A stretch of DNA of 23,877 nucleotides from contig JANKJI020000004.1 in NCBI GenBank assembly GCA_024626585.2, positions 176,598,842 through 176,622,718 on the forward strand, read 5' to 3'. Both the position numbers and the translations under genes were made by a program. This DNA is from Ginkgo biloba (Eukaryota; Plantae; Ginkgophyta). A model generated the notes under the pieces. It was not told the DNA's origin, made no database searches, and saw only the letters and a list, made by a program, of their open reading frames with translations. Below, piece after piece: positions 10,109-22,859 of this stretch (its first letter is position 1; every line of letters begins with the position of its first letter).

Positions 10109-10690
10109 TAGTTATATAACTTTGAAAGTTTTGGAGGTGTTGCATGTATTTTGTTTGGTGGTCAGTGACTCGTGCCTTGAAAGGTCTAGTCTCTATATGA
10201 AATGTGTGCCATGCTAATGGCTTAGGAAGATTAGCTAATATTCTATATGATAGTAGTTATATAACATTGGGAGTTTTGGAGGTGTTGCATGGATTATATT
10301 GGGTCGTCAGTAATTTGTGCCTCCAAAATTCTAGTCTGTATGTGAAATCTGTGCCATGCTACAGAGTGTAGGGAAGATTAGCCAATATGAACAGTGTGTC
10401 TTTTATTGAATTCTGTTTTATTTTATTATTTTTTATCGGAGTGAAGGGAAGATCAGCCAATATGAACAATGTGTCTTTGATTGTGTTCTGTTTTATATTA
10501 TTATTATTTCTCCCAAGTAGGCAGGGATATTGAAACAGAAACATGCTTTGAAAATGCTGTTGACTCATATTTTATACAATTGATTTCTAGTTATATAACT
10601 TGGAGGTATTGCAAGTATTATAATGGAGCTGGTCAGTGACCAGTGCCTCCAAAATTGTAGTCATTATATGAAACGCACACCATGCTAATG
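10109..10690. repeat. Three diverged copies of a ~100-135-bp unit downstream of eIF3h (starts at 10109, 10254, 10588), plus a 75-bp-period duplication at 10364-10509
   Basis: TAGTTATATAAC..TTGGAGGT.TTGCA..GTCAGT.A..GTGCCT..AAA..TAGTC..TAT.TGAAA..CCATGCTA appears three times. GAGTG.AGGGAAGAT.AGCCAATATGAACA.TGTGTCTTT appears at 10364 and 10439. Confidence 0.9.
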
Positions 10691-11874
10691 TAACTTTTAT
10701 TACTATGATTGTTTTGAAGTGCTAGTAACAGTTTTTTCTAATAAAGTTTATTACATAATAAGTTTTTTTTAATGTCTATTCACTTGTAAATATGCTCTTT
10801 CAAAATTCAATTTTATAATGCATGTTCGCTTTTTTATCCAGTTTCTTTCACTTTCAAGGATGAAAGAGTCAATAACAGTTGAGATTTAAGATATCATCTT
10901 GCCAAATTCACAGACAGCAGGATGCAATGAGAGAATATACTCAATGCAGTTTAAATATTTGCCTTGGCCAATTTCTTTCAATTGGGATTCTTGAATATGA
11001 ATTCTAACTGCAGTTTGCCCCATTTGAGCAGAGTAGCAAAAAATGTTCGAAAATATAATCCTTTGATGATATATGGATTGGGGGATATTATTTTATAGAT
11101 ATTTGATACCTCTCATATATTGTTAGCATAACATTTTATTCAAAACAATTAAAATTATACCTTATATAATTAAATTTCTTTATCAAAAAGTATCTTTCAG
11201 TGAAATAANNNNNNNNNNNNNNNNNNNNNNNNNNNNNNNNNNNNNNNNNNNNNNNNNNNNNNNNNNNNNNNNNNNNNNNNNNNNNNNNNNNNNNNNNNNN
11301 NNNNNNNNNNNNNNNNNNNNNNNNNNNNNNNNNNNNNNNNNNNNNNNNNNNNNNNNNNNNNNNNNNNNNNNNNNNNNNNNNNNNNNNNNNNNNNNNNNNN
11401 NNNNNNNNNNNNNNNNNNNNNNNNNNNNNNNNNNNNNNNNNNNNNNNNNNNNNNNNNNNNNNNNNNNNNNNCATTATTTTTTTAAGAAATTGTATATGTT
11501 TTGAAGATATTTTTCTTGAGCAACCAAATTGTTCAAACTATTTGGTCCCATTGTTTTATTTATTTTTTCGAACAATTTCAGTGTGTTTGAGCCAATGACC
11601 TTAAATTTCATACTCAGAGATGTAGACAATTCCACATGGATCCTCCTGAAATGTTGTAGAGTTACACATTTAGTTCCACTTGGATCCCCTTTAGTGTTGG
11701 ATGGCAAACATTTCTTCTGCAGCCATGCATTTTTCTTATGATGTGTAATAGTTGAGACTTTGGCTTGATGAAAATTGCTTCTTCTATTGGATATCTACTG
11801 TGCAGGTTAAAATATTAGACTCTATACTTATGAGTATTATTATGATCGAGATTAGGACTATAGGTGCCGATGGA

Positions 11875-11972
11875 AACAAGAATCCTCCCATAGAACAAGA
11901 ACTACAAGGCAATTGATTGCAACAAGAATTGTCCCATAGAACAAGAGCCATAAAGACAATTGATTTCAACAA
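11875..11972. repeat. Tandem duplication with a 46-bp period, just upstream of a gypsy protease remnant
   Basis: AACAAGAAT..TCCCATAGAACAAGA..A.AA..CAATTGATT.CAACAA occurs twice (11875 and 11921). Confidence 0.75.
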
Positions 11973-11994
11973 TAGTAATTGGAATCAGCCCCAC

Positions 11995-12430
11995 CTTCAC
12001 TTAAAGAGTTGTTGGGTTTATTCAGAAGACTAAAGTTATTGTGATTGTTGATGTAAGAAATAGCCACAATTTCATTGACTAAGTATGACCTAGATACTTG
12101 AGCCATTCATCCACTTCACAAACTAGTTTGAACATGATTGTGGGCAATGGAGGCTCAATTTCATGGGTGTAAACATGTCATAAATTGACCAAAGAGATGG
12201 GATACTACATATTGCAAATGCCAACATATTTGGTCCTTTTGGCGAACTTTAGAAATGTGTGTGATGAATTCAAATAAAAAATTATTTATAAGAATTTCAA
12301 TTCATAAGTGTATGAAATATTGGATTTTGAATTGTCACCACACAAATTAACTATGGTGGATGACATTTGTAGGCAAACTTTCCAAAATGTTGGATATGAT
12401 CAATAGTATTATGGGTGTTGATTCCAAATT
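11995..12430 (+). mobile_element. Decayed Ty3/gypsy fragment: aspartic protease, possibly joined by deletion to an integrase N-terminal remnant
   Basis: LRVVGFIQKTKVIVIVDVRNSHNFID* ... LNMIVGNGGSISWV*TCHKLTKEMGYYILQMPTY resembles the gypsy retropepsin (V.VLIDSGSTHNFI..VMVANG). A weak FVGKLSK..NSIMGVDS match lies near 12365-12430. Confidence 0.65.
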
Positions 12431-13100
12431 GTACTATAAAATCAAGTTATTTTACAAATCCAGTGAAATTGTGTGAACAATAATGATAATAGGTGTTAAT
12501 GTGCATTTATTGTTACACACTAGTGTTAACTTTGTTAACCTCTCCATCTTGGGTCTCCTTTTTTGTTTTGGTCTTCTGTTGCATATTGTTTTTAGTAAAG
12601 TGTTTCCCATGGCATGGTGATCCCCGTGAATCAATCTTTGGCTCTCCTTTTGCCTTAATTTTATTCATCTTAGATTTGTTTTTTGGTCTTAACTTATTTT
12701 CTCTAATTTTTAGAACAATCAACTTTTGGACAAATTGAAAAGCATTCATACATATTCAATCCNNNNNNNNNNNNNNNNNNNNNNNNNNNNNNNNNNNNNN
12801 NNNNNNNNNNNNNNNNNNNNNNNNNNNNNNNNNNNNNNNNNNNNNNNNNNNNNNNNNNNNNNTCCATGTAAGGAATCCTCTAAAAATATGGATGGTGGAG
12901 AAAGTGCCACATAGAAAAAAACCCATAGTGAGAAAAATAATTCTAATAAATATAATATAAAATAAATAAATAGCCCTCCTTTAAAGACTTAAGGCATACA
13001 AAATTTCCTATAGAATAATAATCCATGTGAGTCTTACAAGCCCTTAAAAACTATACCTTAGGACCTCCTATCAAGTCCTTAATCCCTACTAGCTTATTAA

Positions 13101-13915
13101 TTCCTCCCCTCTTAGGGAGAAATGGACACCATTGATTTATCCAATAGATGTTGCAACTTTGTCTTAAATCTATCTAACACAATCCATTTTTCTTAATGTG
13201 GATACTGTACCTTATTTCTAACCAATAAAAAATTAATCTTGGAAGGCCTTGTCTTCTTGAATTGATACTTGAAAATTCTATCCTCCTAAAGTGACTTTGT
13301 ATAATTTAGATGTAACCCATATATATGTTGAGAAAGATCTATAGCTGAATCATCTAACAATGGTAGCTCATAAAGATTCAACTTACCTACATTAAAAATT
13401 AGAGGTAGATCCATAAATAAAGGCAAGTCCAAATGGAAATCATTCTTTCTAAGATTCTCCAAGATTGTATAAGGACCATAGCAAAGTGGATTGATTTTTC
13501 TCTCTTTATCTTTCTTCCTTCTTTTGATAGATAGAGCCACACTCTATCCCCAACATAAAAAAATTAATTTTCCTTATGCTTTTCACATGCTTCTTTATAT
13601 TTGGATTATGCCTTCAATAAATACTCATGTATCTACTTATGTATTTTTTGAATGATATAAATAAAATGTGTATTATGTGTATGGAATTTTTCCCTATAAG
13701 AAGAATAAGTAGGTGTTAAGGATGCGATATATAAATGAATAACTTAATTGGGAAATAGTTTTAAACAAGCCTAAAATGGTGAAATACTAAGATAATGATA
13801 CATATCCTTCTTATATTTATAATATATGTATGTAAGGTACTCATATTATATCTTAGTATGATAATGATTATAGATCCATAGTGCATAAAAAAGTTTCCTA
13901 TTAACCACCTTTGTG
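13101..13915 (-). mobile_element. Decayed Ty3/gypsy 3' end: integrase C-terminal half, GPY/F module, terminal domain and polypurine tract
   Basis: TKVVNRKLFYALWIYNHYHTKI*YEYL.. (integrase core end), KINPLCYGPYTILENLRKNDFHLDLPLFMDLPLIFNVGKLNLYE (GPY/F motif; ORF 13286-13540), and a PPT AAGAGGGGAGGAA at 13101-13113. The 3' LTR probably runs leftward toward gap 12763-12862. Confidence 0.85.
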
Positions 13916-14060
13916 TGTCTTTATTTAGAATTATTAGGAGGACAAAATGGATATTACTATATTTTCTGGTCATATATAGATCCAACAAGATGGCCATTTT
14001 GATGGCATGTTAGAAGATCATATCTTCACTAAAATTTGATAAGTTAATCCTCACACATAT
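13916..14060 (+). mobile_element. Inverted integrase fragment of the same gypsy family
   Basis: The plus strand reads GQNGYYYIFLVIYRSNKMAILMAC*KIISSLKFDKLILTH, resembling the G.D.VFVVVDRFSKMAIL.ACKK.I....AKLFF.HVW integrase core. It is opposite in orientation to both neighbours. Confidence 0.7.
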
Positions 14061-14160
14061 NNNNNNNNNNNNNNNNNNNNNNNNNNNNNNNNNNNNNNNN
14101 NNNNNNNNNNNNNNNNNNNNNNNNNNNNNNNNNNNNNNNNNNNNNNNNNNNNNNNNNNNN

Positions 14161-15319
14161 GGAAGGCACTCATTCTATATCTTAGGATGCTAATGATTTT
14201 AGATTCTTAGTGTATTCACAAGTATCCTATTGACCACCTTTATTTGCTATCTATGGATGGAATGTAGTTGACATCTTCAACTTAGTATCCATTGTACCCT
14301 ATAAGCTAGTCCAAAAGTGACTAAGCAATATACTCTCCTAATCTAAGATTAGGGAGGAAGATAACTCATAATAGACCCAATTATGTGTGAAGAATAACTT
14401 TCCAAATTGTGGTGTAGAATAACTATGTGTAACATGTAATCAAAATAACTATCTTGCTGAATTTGTCTATGGATACGAAGATATAGTCATGTCCATACTA
14501 TCTTGAAGGTATTCTTCTTAATAAGTCTATGGAAATAGAATCCTAAATCCTATTAGGATCTAGTATAGGTTGATACTTTCTAAGATTCTTATTAGAAGGC
14601 TTAGATATACAATACAGTAAACATAATCTAATATGTCTCTCTACATCTTCCTATATATTTGACTTATGGAAATATCACTAAATATTTCCAAAGTATTGTT
14701 GATTCCAAAGTACCTAACCACTCTAGAATGATGCACCTCTCTGATTAGTTAAGTTTGATATCTCCCACTAGGTATACATAATAAACCTAGTCTATATAAA
14801 AGTCTATTCTTGAGATGAAAATCTCTCATTGAGTCCTTACTTATAGGTAGAGGATCTAAAATGTGTACCATACTAAATACATAATTTGAATCAATAAGAT
14901 ATAATTATTTCCACTTAATAAATACATAACATATAGCATGCAACACTTCTACCAATGAGTGCATAGGTGATTTGTTGAAGAACTCTTCTATCTTATTGCT
15001 ACTTTCTTTTTTTTTACTTGACAATGAGATGAAACTAATTTAGATAACCCATCCAATTAACCAACCATTGATCTTTCAGTTTTTTCTATGAATGAAAGAA
15101 ATAGAGAGGATGGTAATTCAAGTGGATAATAGTCTCCTTCCAAATGAGATAATTCTTCAAGTTCTTTGTAACTTGCGCTATGGCATAAATTTCCTTATGA
15201 TAGGTTTTATATCTCTGTATAGTATTAGTGTATGACTCAAAGTGATAGATAACTCACTTGCATAACTAAGTAAGAACTGCTCTAACAACATATCCCAAGG
15301 AAACAACTTCAACTATGAA
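14161..15319 (-). mobile_element. Decayed Ty3/gypsy pol (RNase H, zinc-binding region and integrase core), second copy
   Basis: FIVEVVSLGYVVRAVLT..YHKEIYAIAQVTKNLKNYLIWKETIIHLNYHPL (RNase H); LIREVHHSRVVRYFG..CLLYCISKP..DSISID..YIFVSIDKFSK; SHFWTSL*GTMDTKLKMSTTFHP*..KVVNRILVNTLR. The RNase H-then-integrase order indicates gypsy. Many stops are present. Confidence 0.88.
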
Positions 15320-17299
15320 NNNNNNNNNNNNNNNNNNNNNNNNNNNNNNNNNNNNNNNNNNNNNNNNNNNNNNNNNNNNNNNNNNNNNNNNNNNNNNNNN
15401 NNNNNNNNNNNNNNNNNNNACAATTCATAGGGCCTTTTTATATATATATATATTTTTTTTAAATACGTGCCATAGGAATGTCTTAGAGGCTTAGATTAAT
15501 TTTATCATCCTTAAAATGTCTTAATATATAAGGGAATTGATTTTGTGTTTTTTCTTAAGATTTTATAGAAGGAAATCATATTTCATGACGAGCATGCTTA
15601 TTGGGTTAGAATGTGCATGCAAGTGTTCCATCTCTATAATAATTACACGATGTCAAAAACTATGAAAGAAATAGGCATGGTAAAAAAATTTGATAACCAT
15701 AAATTGGGCAAGTTCAATGCAATCACATGAATCTTCTACCTAAAATAATTAATCTCACAATTTTAGTTTTAAAGTCAGGGTAAGAATTTAAAGATTATTT
15801 ATCTCATTGCTACTTATGCCATAGGAAAAGAAAGATGTATGCGGCAAAATATTAGTTTCACAACACCTATAAAGTTTTGAATTATATATTTTGTGAGATT
15901 TGTAATGTGAATATAAATAAGGTGNNNNNNNNNNNNNNNNNNNNNNNNNNNNNNNNNNNNNNNNNNNNNNNNNNNNNNNNNNNTATCACATTCAATTTGT
16001 TATTGGTGTGAATCTTCCATAAAAAAATATTACATGATTTCTGATGTATCATTTCTCCTCTTTTCCCTATGAATTTTCATCTCTAAAACTTTAGACCATA
16101 GTCTATAAATGGTATTAGTATATAGAGTTATTGTATGGAGGATTTTGAAAAAATAAATGGTACCATGCGAATGGAGCATGATGAGAAGATTTTGGCATGG
16201 CAAATCACATCTTTATATGGAGAAACATGTAATTATAACACAANNNNNNNNNNNNNNNNNNNNNNNNNNNNNNNNNNNNNNNNNNNNNNNNNNNNNNNNN
16301 NNNNNNNNNNNATATGTTGTAAAAACAACCTCGAGGGTGTGAGAGTTGAGTATAATCTTATGTATTATTATTTTGAATGAATTGTTATTTATTTATAAAA
16401 GTTGTCTTTGTGTATGTGATTCACTGATATGATGTGTTATCTCAATTTATATATAAAAAATATGACATCAGTAGGAAGGATTTTGGAGGGAACCATACAT
16501 TAATAGTAAGCACATAGGAAAGATAAGAATGATCGATCTTAGGGTAAGATAAAGGGATTGACTATTTATAAATAGTTGGGCCATTAGATCATTGAAAGTA
16601 TCACAATATGCATTAAGTAGATAAGAGGATAGATTATGATGCATAGGAGGTCATATTTAACTAATTACAAAATAGAGTTTAACATTGGTTCCATTTTTTA
16701 TTTTAGGAAGTTTTTAACAAGTAAAATATAAGCATTCTGAGAGGAGGTAATCTCAATTAAAAAAAGAGGACCCTTGGGACAATTAAAATAGTTCTCAAGA
16801 GGTTAGTATTCTAAATCACTAAGCGAAAAAGGCAAGGTCAAAACTCCTGACTGGTGAAGAATAAGGAGAGGAAGCTCCCATGTATTCACGATTGGTCCAT
16901 ACAGAGCATACCCTTTTTCACTTAGAAACCTAAGGCAAAATATGTGCCATATAGCATTTACTTATACCATTTCATTCTAAGAACTTTGTATACATCAAGG
17001 AATTATAATCTAGCAAGTCACAATAGGAGAGAATACCTTAATTATGTGGTACTGTGTGGATTGTTGCATGGTGATTCACACCTCACTCTAATAATATTTT
17101 CAATTTTTTTGAATCAAAATAGTTCCCTTTTCAATTAGTCTGAATGAATGTGGGTCTTTCAAAATAAGCCCAAGGATTGAGGATGAGAAAACCTTATATT
17201 TTAGAAGTATCACACTCTCTAAACTCTTTAATATCTATCTATCTCTGGATGATTGGGATTCGACCACTGCACAAACAAATAGAACCACCAAAGAGAAGA

Positions 17300-17650
17300 T
17301 CTCAAAACCATCTGTCATAATTAAGATGCGTGGTGTCAAGGTAAAAGATGCCATAGTAGATATTGGAATCAAAAGTTAACATCATTTTATAAAAAATATG
17401 GAAATATATGGGATTCCCTCCAATGGAGAAATCCAAATGGTTGATCATCACCTGTCCATGGCAAAAGGATCACTAACAAATATTTCAATCTCTTATGGAA
17501 GCTTGGAAACCTTCCTTAATTTTGATTTCCTTAAACTTTAAAATAAAGAAATGATCTATAGGTTCCTTCTTGAGACTCCCTGGATAAATCATATGTGAGG
17601 ATCCATCATCCTTGAGAAGGAATAGATGAAATTAAAATAGCAAAATACTT
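17300..17650 (+). mobile_element. Decayed LTR-retrotransposon aspartic protease remnant
   Basis: VKVKDAIVDIG../VNII ... QMVDHHLSMAKGSLTNISIS..LNFDFLKL*..YRFLLETPWI resembles ..IDGGS.VNI..KMAD....LG.I....LLGRPWL. Confidence 0.55.
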
Positions 17651-19878
17651 GGTTTTATGGCCCTCTAAACTGCAACAAAGAGTCATTGGAAATCATCAGG
17701 GATGATAAGCTATCTTTCGATGCCAAGGGATCTAAAATTAGAATTGAACACCTCTATGTATGTCATAAATAAGGGATCATTCTAGGCAAATACAATGTTC
17801 TTATATTTGGAGAGAAAGATTCTTAGTTGGCCAACTCTGACATGGTGCTCAAAGAATGAGAAGATGAATTCCATGAACTCCACTACTTTGACAACTTTCA
17901 CATCATAACCAAAGAAATAGATGATGAACATGTTCTACAATTTCAACTTGAAATAATATTTTTTGATGAAAGTATGGATGCATGAACACATATCAAGTGG
18001 TTTCTATACATAACTTATGATATTTGCAAGGAAAGGAAGATATACTTGTTTGATTCCACCTTACACAAGTAAGAAAGAAGATGGTTTCAAAACCATTATA
18101 ATNNNNNNNNNNNNNNNNNNNNNNNNNNNNNNNNNNNNNNNNNNNNNNNNNNNNNNNNNNNNNNNNNNNNNNNNNNNNNNNNNNNNNNNNNNNNNNNNNN
18201 NNCCTTGAGGTTCCATATTATTTCTTTAATAAGGATATATTCTTCCTAAATCCTCCTTTACAGGTCCCCATTTTTTATTGATAGCCTCTAATTATCATCT
18301 TTTTGAAGATTAGGAATCATTTCTAAAAGTAACTTGGTGTCTAGTTCTTTGGGATGAAATAACACATTAATGTTTGGCACTGGTGCAGAGGTGATCACTT
18401 ATCTCTCTCTAAATACCTACTTTTATAGTGTTCTTAAGGTGTCTACTTTCATTTATGATGTAAGTAGCTCATACTATTATAATTGTAAAACATGGGGCAT
18501 ATTTACTTACATCTGAGATGTAGGTAAAGTGATGGATTGAAATCCTAATACCATTGGTGCTTTCAAACAAAAACTAATCAAAACTTGAATTAATCTAGGA
18601 TCAAATACCTCTTTTACCTTTTTCTTCTTCTAGGACTTTAGGTTCTTTTAAACCATAATAACTGAGCCATTTCCATGTCGGTACTTGCCTTCTAAAAGAA
18701 ATGAATCAGAAATGGGGTGTGAACAAATAGAAGGGATGATTTTTTATCTTCAAATATTTAGAAAAAATTGTATCCATGTCATTCTAGGGTGACAATATGA
18801 CCTTCGCAAGGATCCCTTTACTCATATCAATTCTTACTAGGGGCCTTTGATTAAATAATTCATTTACCAATTTAGCAAATTCTTTTGTCATCCCCTTCTT
18901 TTTCTAGACTTTTCTAGTCATCAAAACTTGGGTTGAAACTATAATAATATCCTTAGTATCCTTAATTCAATTATGTTGTACCTTAGTAACCCTTTTCTCA
19001 TAGTTTCATACAAATTCAAGAAATTAAAATCTATTAAAAGATAAGGATCTATAACAAAATTGATATATGTGGGTCACTTTCAACAATATTTTCAAACTCG
19101 GGCTTCTTTTAATGATCTTCCTCATATTTAATTCTTATTCTATCTTCATTTATTATGGGAAACTCTATAGATCCATAGAATATTTATCTTACTCAACCAT
19201 AATCATTCCATACACCTATTAATCCACTTATCCATCCAATAAACTTGAACTTCCTACCATTATACTAGTTTCTTTGAATATTTATTCACCTACAAAATGT
19301 AACTTCCCTCAAATCCACCCTGGTTCACCTAATCCCTTTGGATTAATGTAATGCAAGGCACCTAACCTTCCTCCTTATCCTTAACCTCAAAATTCTATGC
19401 ATGCATTCCCCCTATCAAAATTCTATTGACCCTAGATGACACATTGATTGTACATTTAGCGCAAGTAGTAGGCAAATGAAGGCATTTATTATAATTAAGA
19501 TTTTGCACAATGTCAATAATTATACTATTTGGGATAAAATGGTAGGGTGGTGAATAATTATTATATTATTATTTTATTGAATACATCCCTCACTTTAATG
19601 TTGAGATGGTTGTACCATGGCTCCTTCATTATTTTATCAAGAGTAGTGGTGTTGAACATCAGGTCGCATCGTTCCTTAAGGTAGCATGGCTTATATGTAC
19701 TTAATGACACACGGTGGGAGAAAAATATACNNNNNNNNNNGTTTTCCCAAAAGTATCATATTGTATTATTTATATTTGCATCATATGACTTCTCATGTAT
19801 ACTGTCTTATTTTTAATGACATGGAATGCCTTCATCCTTTTTATCTTTACTTTCTTAGTTTTAAGTATCTTGATTATT

Positions 19879-19951
19879 CTACTTGCACGTAAGGTGCAAG
19901 TAGCTTCTTGTTTAAATTGAAGCCTTATTACTTGCACACATAGTGCAAGTA
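19879..19951. repeat. Two perfect spaced palindromes, TACTTGCAC-N5-GTGCAAGTA
   Basis: CTACTTGCAC-GTAAG-GTGCAAGTAG at 19879-19903 and TACTTGCAC-ACATA-GTGCAAGTA at 19929-19951. Confidence 0.85.
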
Positions 19952-21601
19952 TCTTATGAATTATCCACATACATAAGGAGTACAAATGAAAACCATATCC
20001 ATTATTCTCCACATTCCTNNNNNNNNNNNNNNNNNNNNNNNNNNNNNNNNNNNNNNNNNNNNNNNNNNNNNNNNNNNNNNNNNNNNNNNNNNNNNNNNNN
20101 NNNNNNNNNNNNNNNNNNGTATAACTAATATAAATAATAACACTATCTCCAAATATTTAGGGTATATGGCATGGTGAGGGATGAGTTTGGGTAAAATTTA
20201 TCTGATCAAGAAGAGACATACTCAACAAAATCAACACAACCTAATTGTTAAAGGAAAATATCAATAGGAAAACCTTCTTGAATAATACATTATTCATGTC
20301 TTAGTATTTTGGCCATAATATAAAATTTATGTTGGGGAACAAGACTCTCCATAAACTAACATTTCTCTTCCTTGGAATAAAAATTAGGATATTTGTCCCT
20401 AGATACCCTTTAATTTTTAATATGTTGGGAGATTAAGGATGAGGATATTACTTCATTGTGGTAATAATATTAGTATCATCCAAAAATATAACATAAGACT
20501 CAAATATTTTNNNNNNNNNNNNNNNNNNNNNNNNAGGAATTTATCCCTTAATTACTCTAAGGAAGAGATAGATTTATTGGATAATTGGGTAAATCACATG
20601 GAAACTTACTTAGTGAGGTAACATTAGAACAAATTTAATCTAGTGGAATTATCATAAGCATGGTATTACACCATGTCATAAATTTTATTAGGTGATGATG
20701 AGGATTCTCATCATCACTTCATAAAAATTCAGGCATGGAGGAATAATTTCTTTAGGAAATAGAGGCCAAAATGGATCTTAAATAGTTAGATCATTTTCTA
20801 AAGATATTGTTATGGAGGATTCAAACCTTCCAAATAAGGAAATCATGACCCTTATTTAACTTGTAAAGTTAATGGGATCACATTTCTACCTAAGAGAATT
20901 TGGGATGATTGATTATACGGAATTTGAAAAGATGGATTGGATTGCATGGATCTATATGGATTGGTGAGAGGTGGATTCCCATATGGATTGTATAGAAACT
21001 TTTCATAATAGAAATATGATTTTCCTAATGGTATGGAAGGCCTCCTATTAAATAATGGTGTCTAGTTAGTAGATGGGTATATGGTTTGACTTTTATGGAA
21101 TATAGTCAAACATTCCTAGAATGAATAGATTCACCAAAAGGTATATTGTACTATATGGTTAGGAAGGAATGTTACCAAGATGCATGACAAATGGCTGAAC
21201 CACAAATGGAAAATTATATTTTAATGGAAAAGTTGATGGATTAATAATAGAGGAGGGATATTCCCACATAGAATAATATATGAAGAAGAAATAATAGAGG
21301 AATAGTAGGGTTTCATATAAATGGAGGGGCGTAAACATAATATGATGGGATAATAAAGAAATAGAACCATCAAAGGGAGCCACAATGACATATGATAATA
21401 GAATGGATTAAGGAATATATACTTTTGATGGTGAAATGGTGTATTAAGGAATTATAAGTTATGATTGATCTAATTATTATAATATATCATGTAAAAAAAT
21501 GACAAATAACCATAAATATTTCTTCAAATGATGTATATATAAGAGTTATAGTATAAATATAAAATGGATGCAAAATATATCCAATATCCTCTAATCAACA
21601 A

Positions 21602-22240
21602 TGTTGTAATGTAGAGTGAAGAGGAAGCACCCTTCTTCCAAGTAGAAGTGGGGAGGCACTTTGCTCTTCCAAGTAGAAGAAAGGATAACTATTTTCCTAA
21701 AAATATAAGTTCTCAAAAAGAGAATAAGGAATAATATTCAATGCTTGAATGATGAGAATAAAATGAGGGGAAGAGGCCTTTATATAGGCTACAAATTGGG
21801 CATCTTACTCTAAGGGTCACAACTCTTAAAATGTAGGCTCCAACTCACTTATGAATACTCTAGGGTTCCCTTAAGATAGGGCACCTTATTTTGGAAATTT
21901 TGTTAAGCCTATTTTCTAGAAATAGAATGTAAAAATTGGTCTAGTATAAAAAAATTATGAATATAGAACACCAAAAATATGGTAGAATTGGTCTATTTTA
22001 ATTTCATTAACTCTTCTTGATATGTACAAAGCTTCAACATGTATAAATACATTTTAAAATATGTAATAGGAATTACTAGACATTCCACTTCTCCAGTAGA
22101 TCATGACACATATCAACATAGGAGCATACCTAAGGACGACTCAACCCTATGACACTTTGACCCTTAATTATAACTTAGGTATCACAACATTAGGATGTGA
22201 CCCTGATTATAATATGTTAATATTAATATGTATTCTAACA
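21602..22240 (-). mobile_element. Putative 3' LTR of the copia element (left boundary uncertain)
   Basis: It starts TGTTAG immediately after the PPT. The candidate end ..ACAACA at 21602 gives TGTT...AACA termini. An internal TATATAAAGG near 21777-21786 is followed by a CT-rich tract. Confidence 0.4.
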
Positions 22241-22534
22241 CTTCCCCTTAATATTTACGTCTTTACACTTGACACCAATCCCATCCTTGAGCTTATGGAA
22301 TTTTTCCCAAGACAAAGGTTTGGTGAAGATATCAATAACTTTCTCTTTAGTCATCTTGTACATTACTTCAATATTACCATTATAGATCATCTCTTGGATG
22401 AAATGATGATGAACTTAAATTTTCTTAGTTCTTGCATGAAAAAAAGGATTCATTACCATCTTTAACATACTCTGATTATCATAATATAACTCCATTTCAT
22501 CTTCCTGATCAAGTCCCATATCATAAATAATCTG
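22241..22534 (-). mobile_element. Decayed Ty1/copia RNase H C-terminus and polypurine tract
   Basis: LYYDNQSMLKMVMNPFFHARTKKI*VHHHFIQE..KVIDIFTKPLSWEKF resembles the copia CDNQSAI..NPVFHARTKHIEV.YHFIRE..ADIFTKPL motif. A PPT TAAGGGGAAG (22241-22250) directly abuts TGTTAG. Confidence 0.9.
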
Positions 22535-22859
22535 NNNNNNNNNNNNNNNNNNNNNNNNNNNNNNNNNNNNNNNNNNNNNNNNNNNNNNNNNNNNNNNNNN
22601 NNNNNNNNNNNNNNNNNNNNNNNNNNNNNNNNNNTACCAAAATACATTAAAAGAAGTAAAATATTCAGGAGAAAAGATAATTGAGCCACATAATATGAGA
22701 AAAATGCTATGAAAAGAGCACATAGGGTTCATGGAATGAATTTACAACATGGAGGTACAAAAACCATAAATGGTAGATAAGAAGGAGGAATAGATATAAG
22801 GATAAAAAAGAGAAATCAATATGGGAATACATAGTCATCCCCAAGTATTCTATAACCTA

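Noticed and set aside
9821-10110. Poly(A) tail or target-site duplication marking a classic processed pseudogene
   Set aside because: No A-tract or flanking direct repeat is visible, and the 3' introns are retained.
10109-10690. CRISPR-like repeat-spacer array
   Set aside because: The units are long, diverged and similar along their whole length, with no unique spacers, no cas genes and a eukaryotic context.
18203-21600. Possible minus-strand gag remnants (degenerate zinc knuckle near 19050-19095, proline-rich low complexity at 20.9-21.4 kb)
   Set aside because: Probably retroelement-derived but too decayed to assign a family or boundaries by eye.
22103-22465. 120-aa plus-strand ORF
   Set aside because: It is the antisense shadow of the copia RNase H and LTR.
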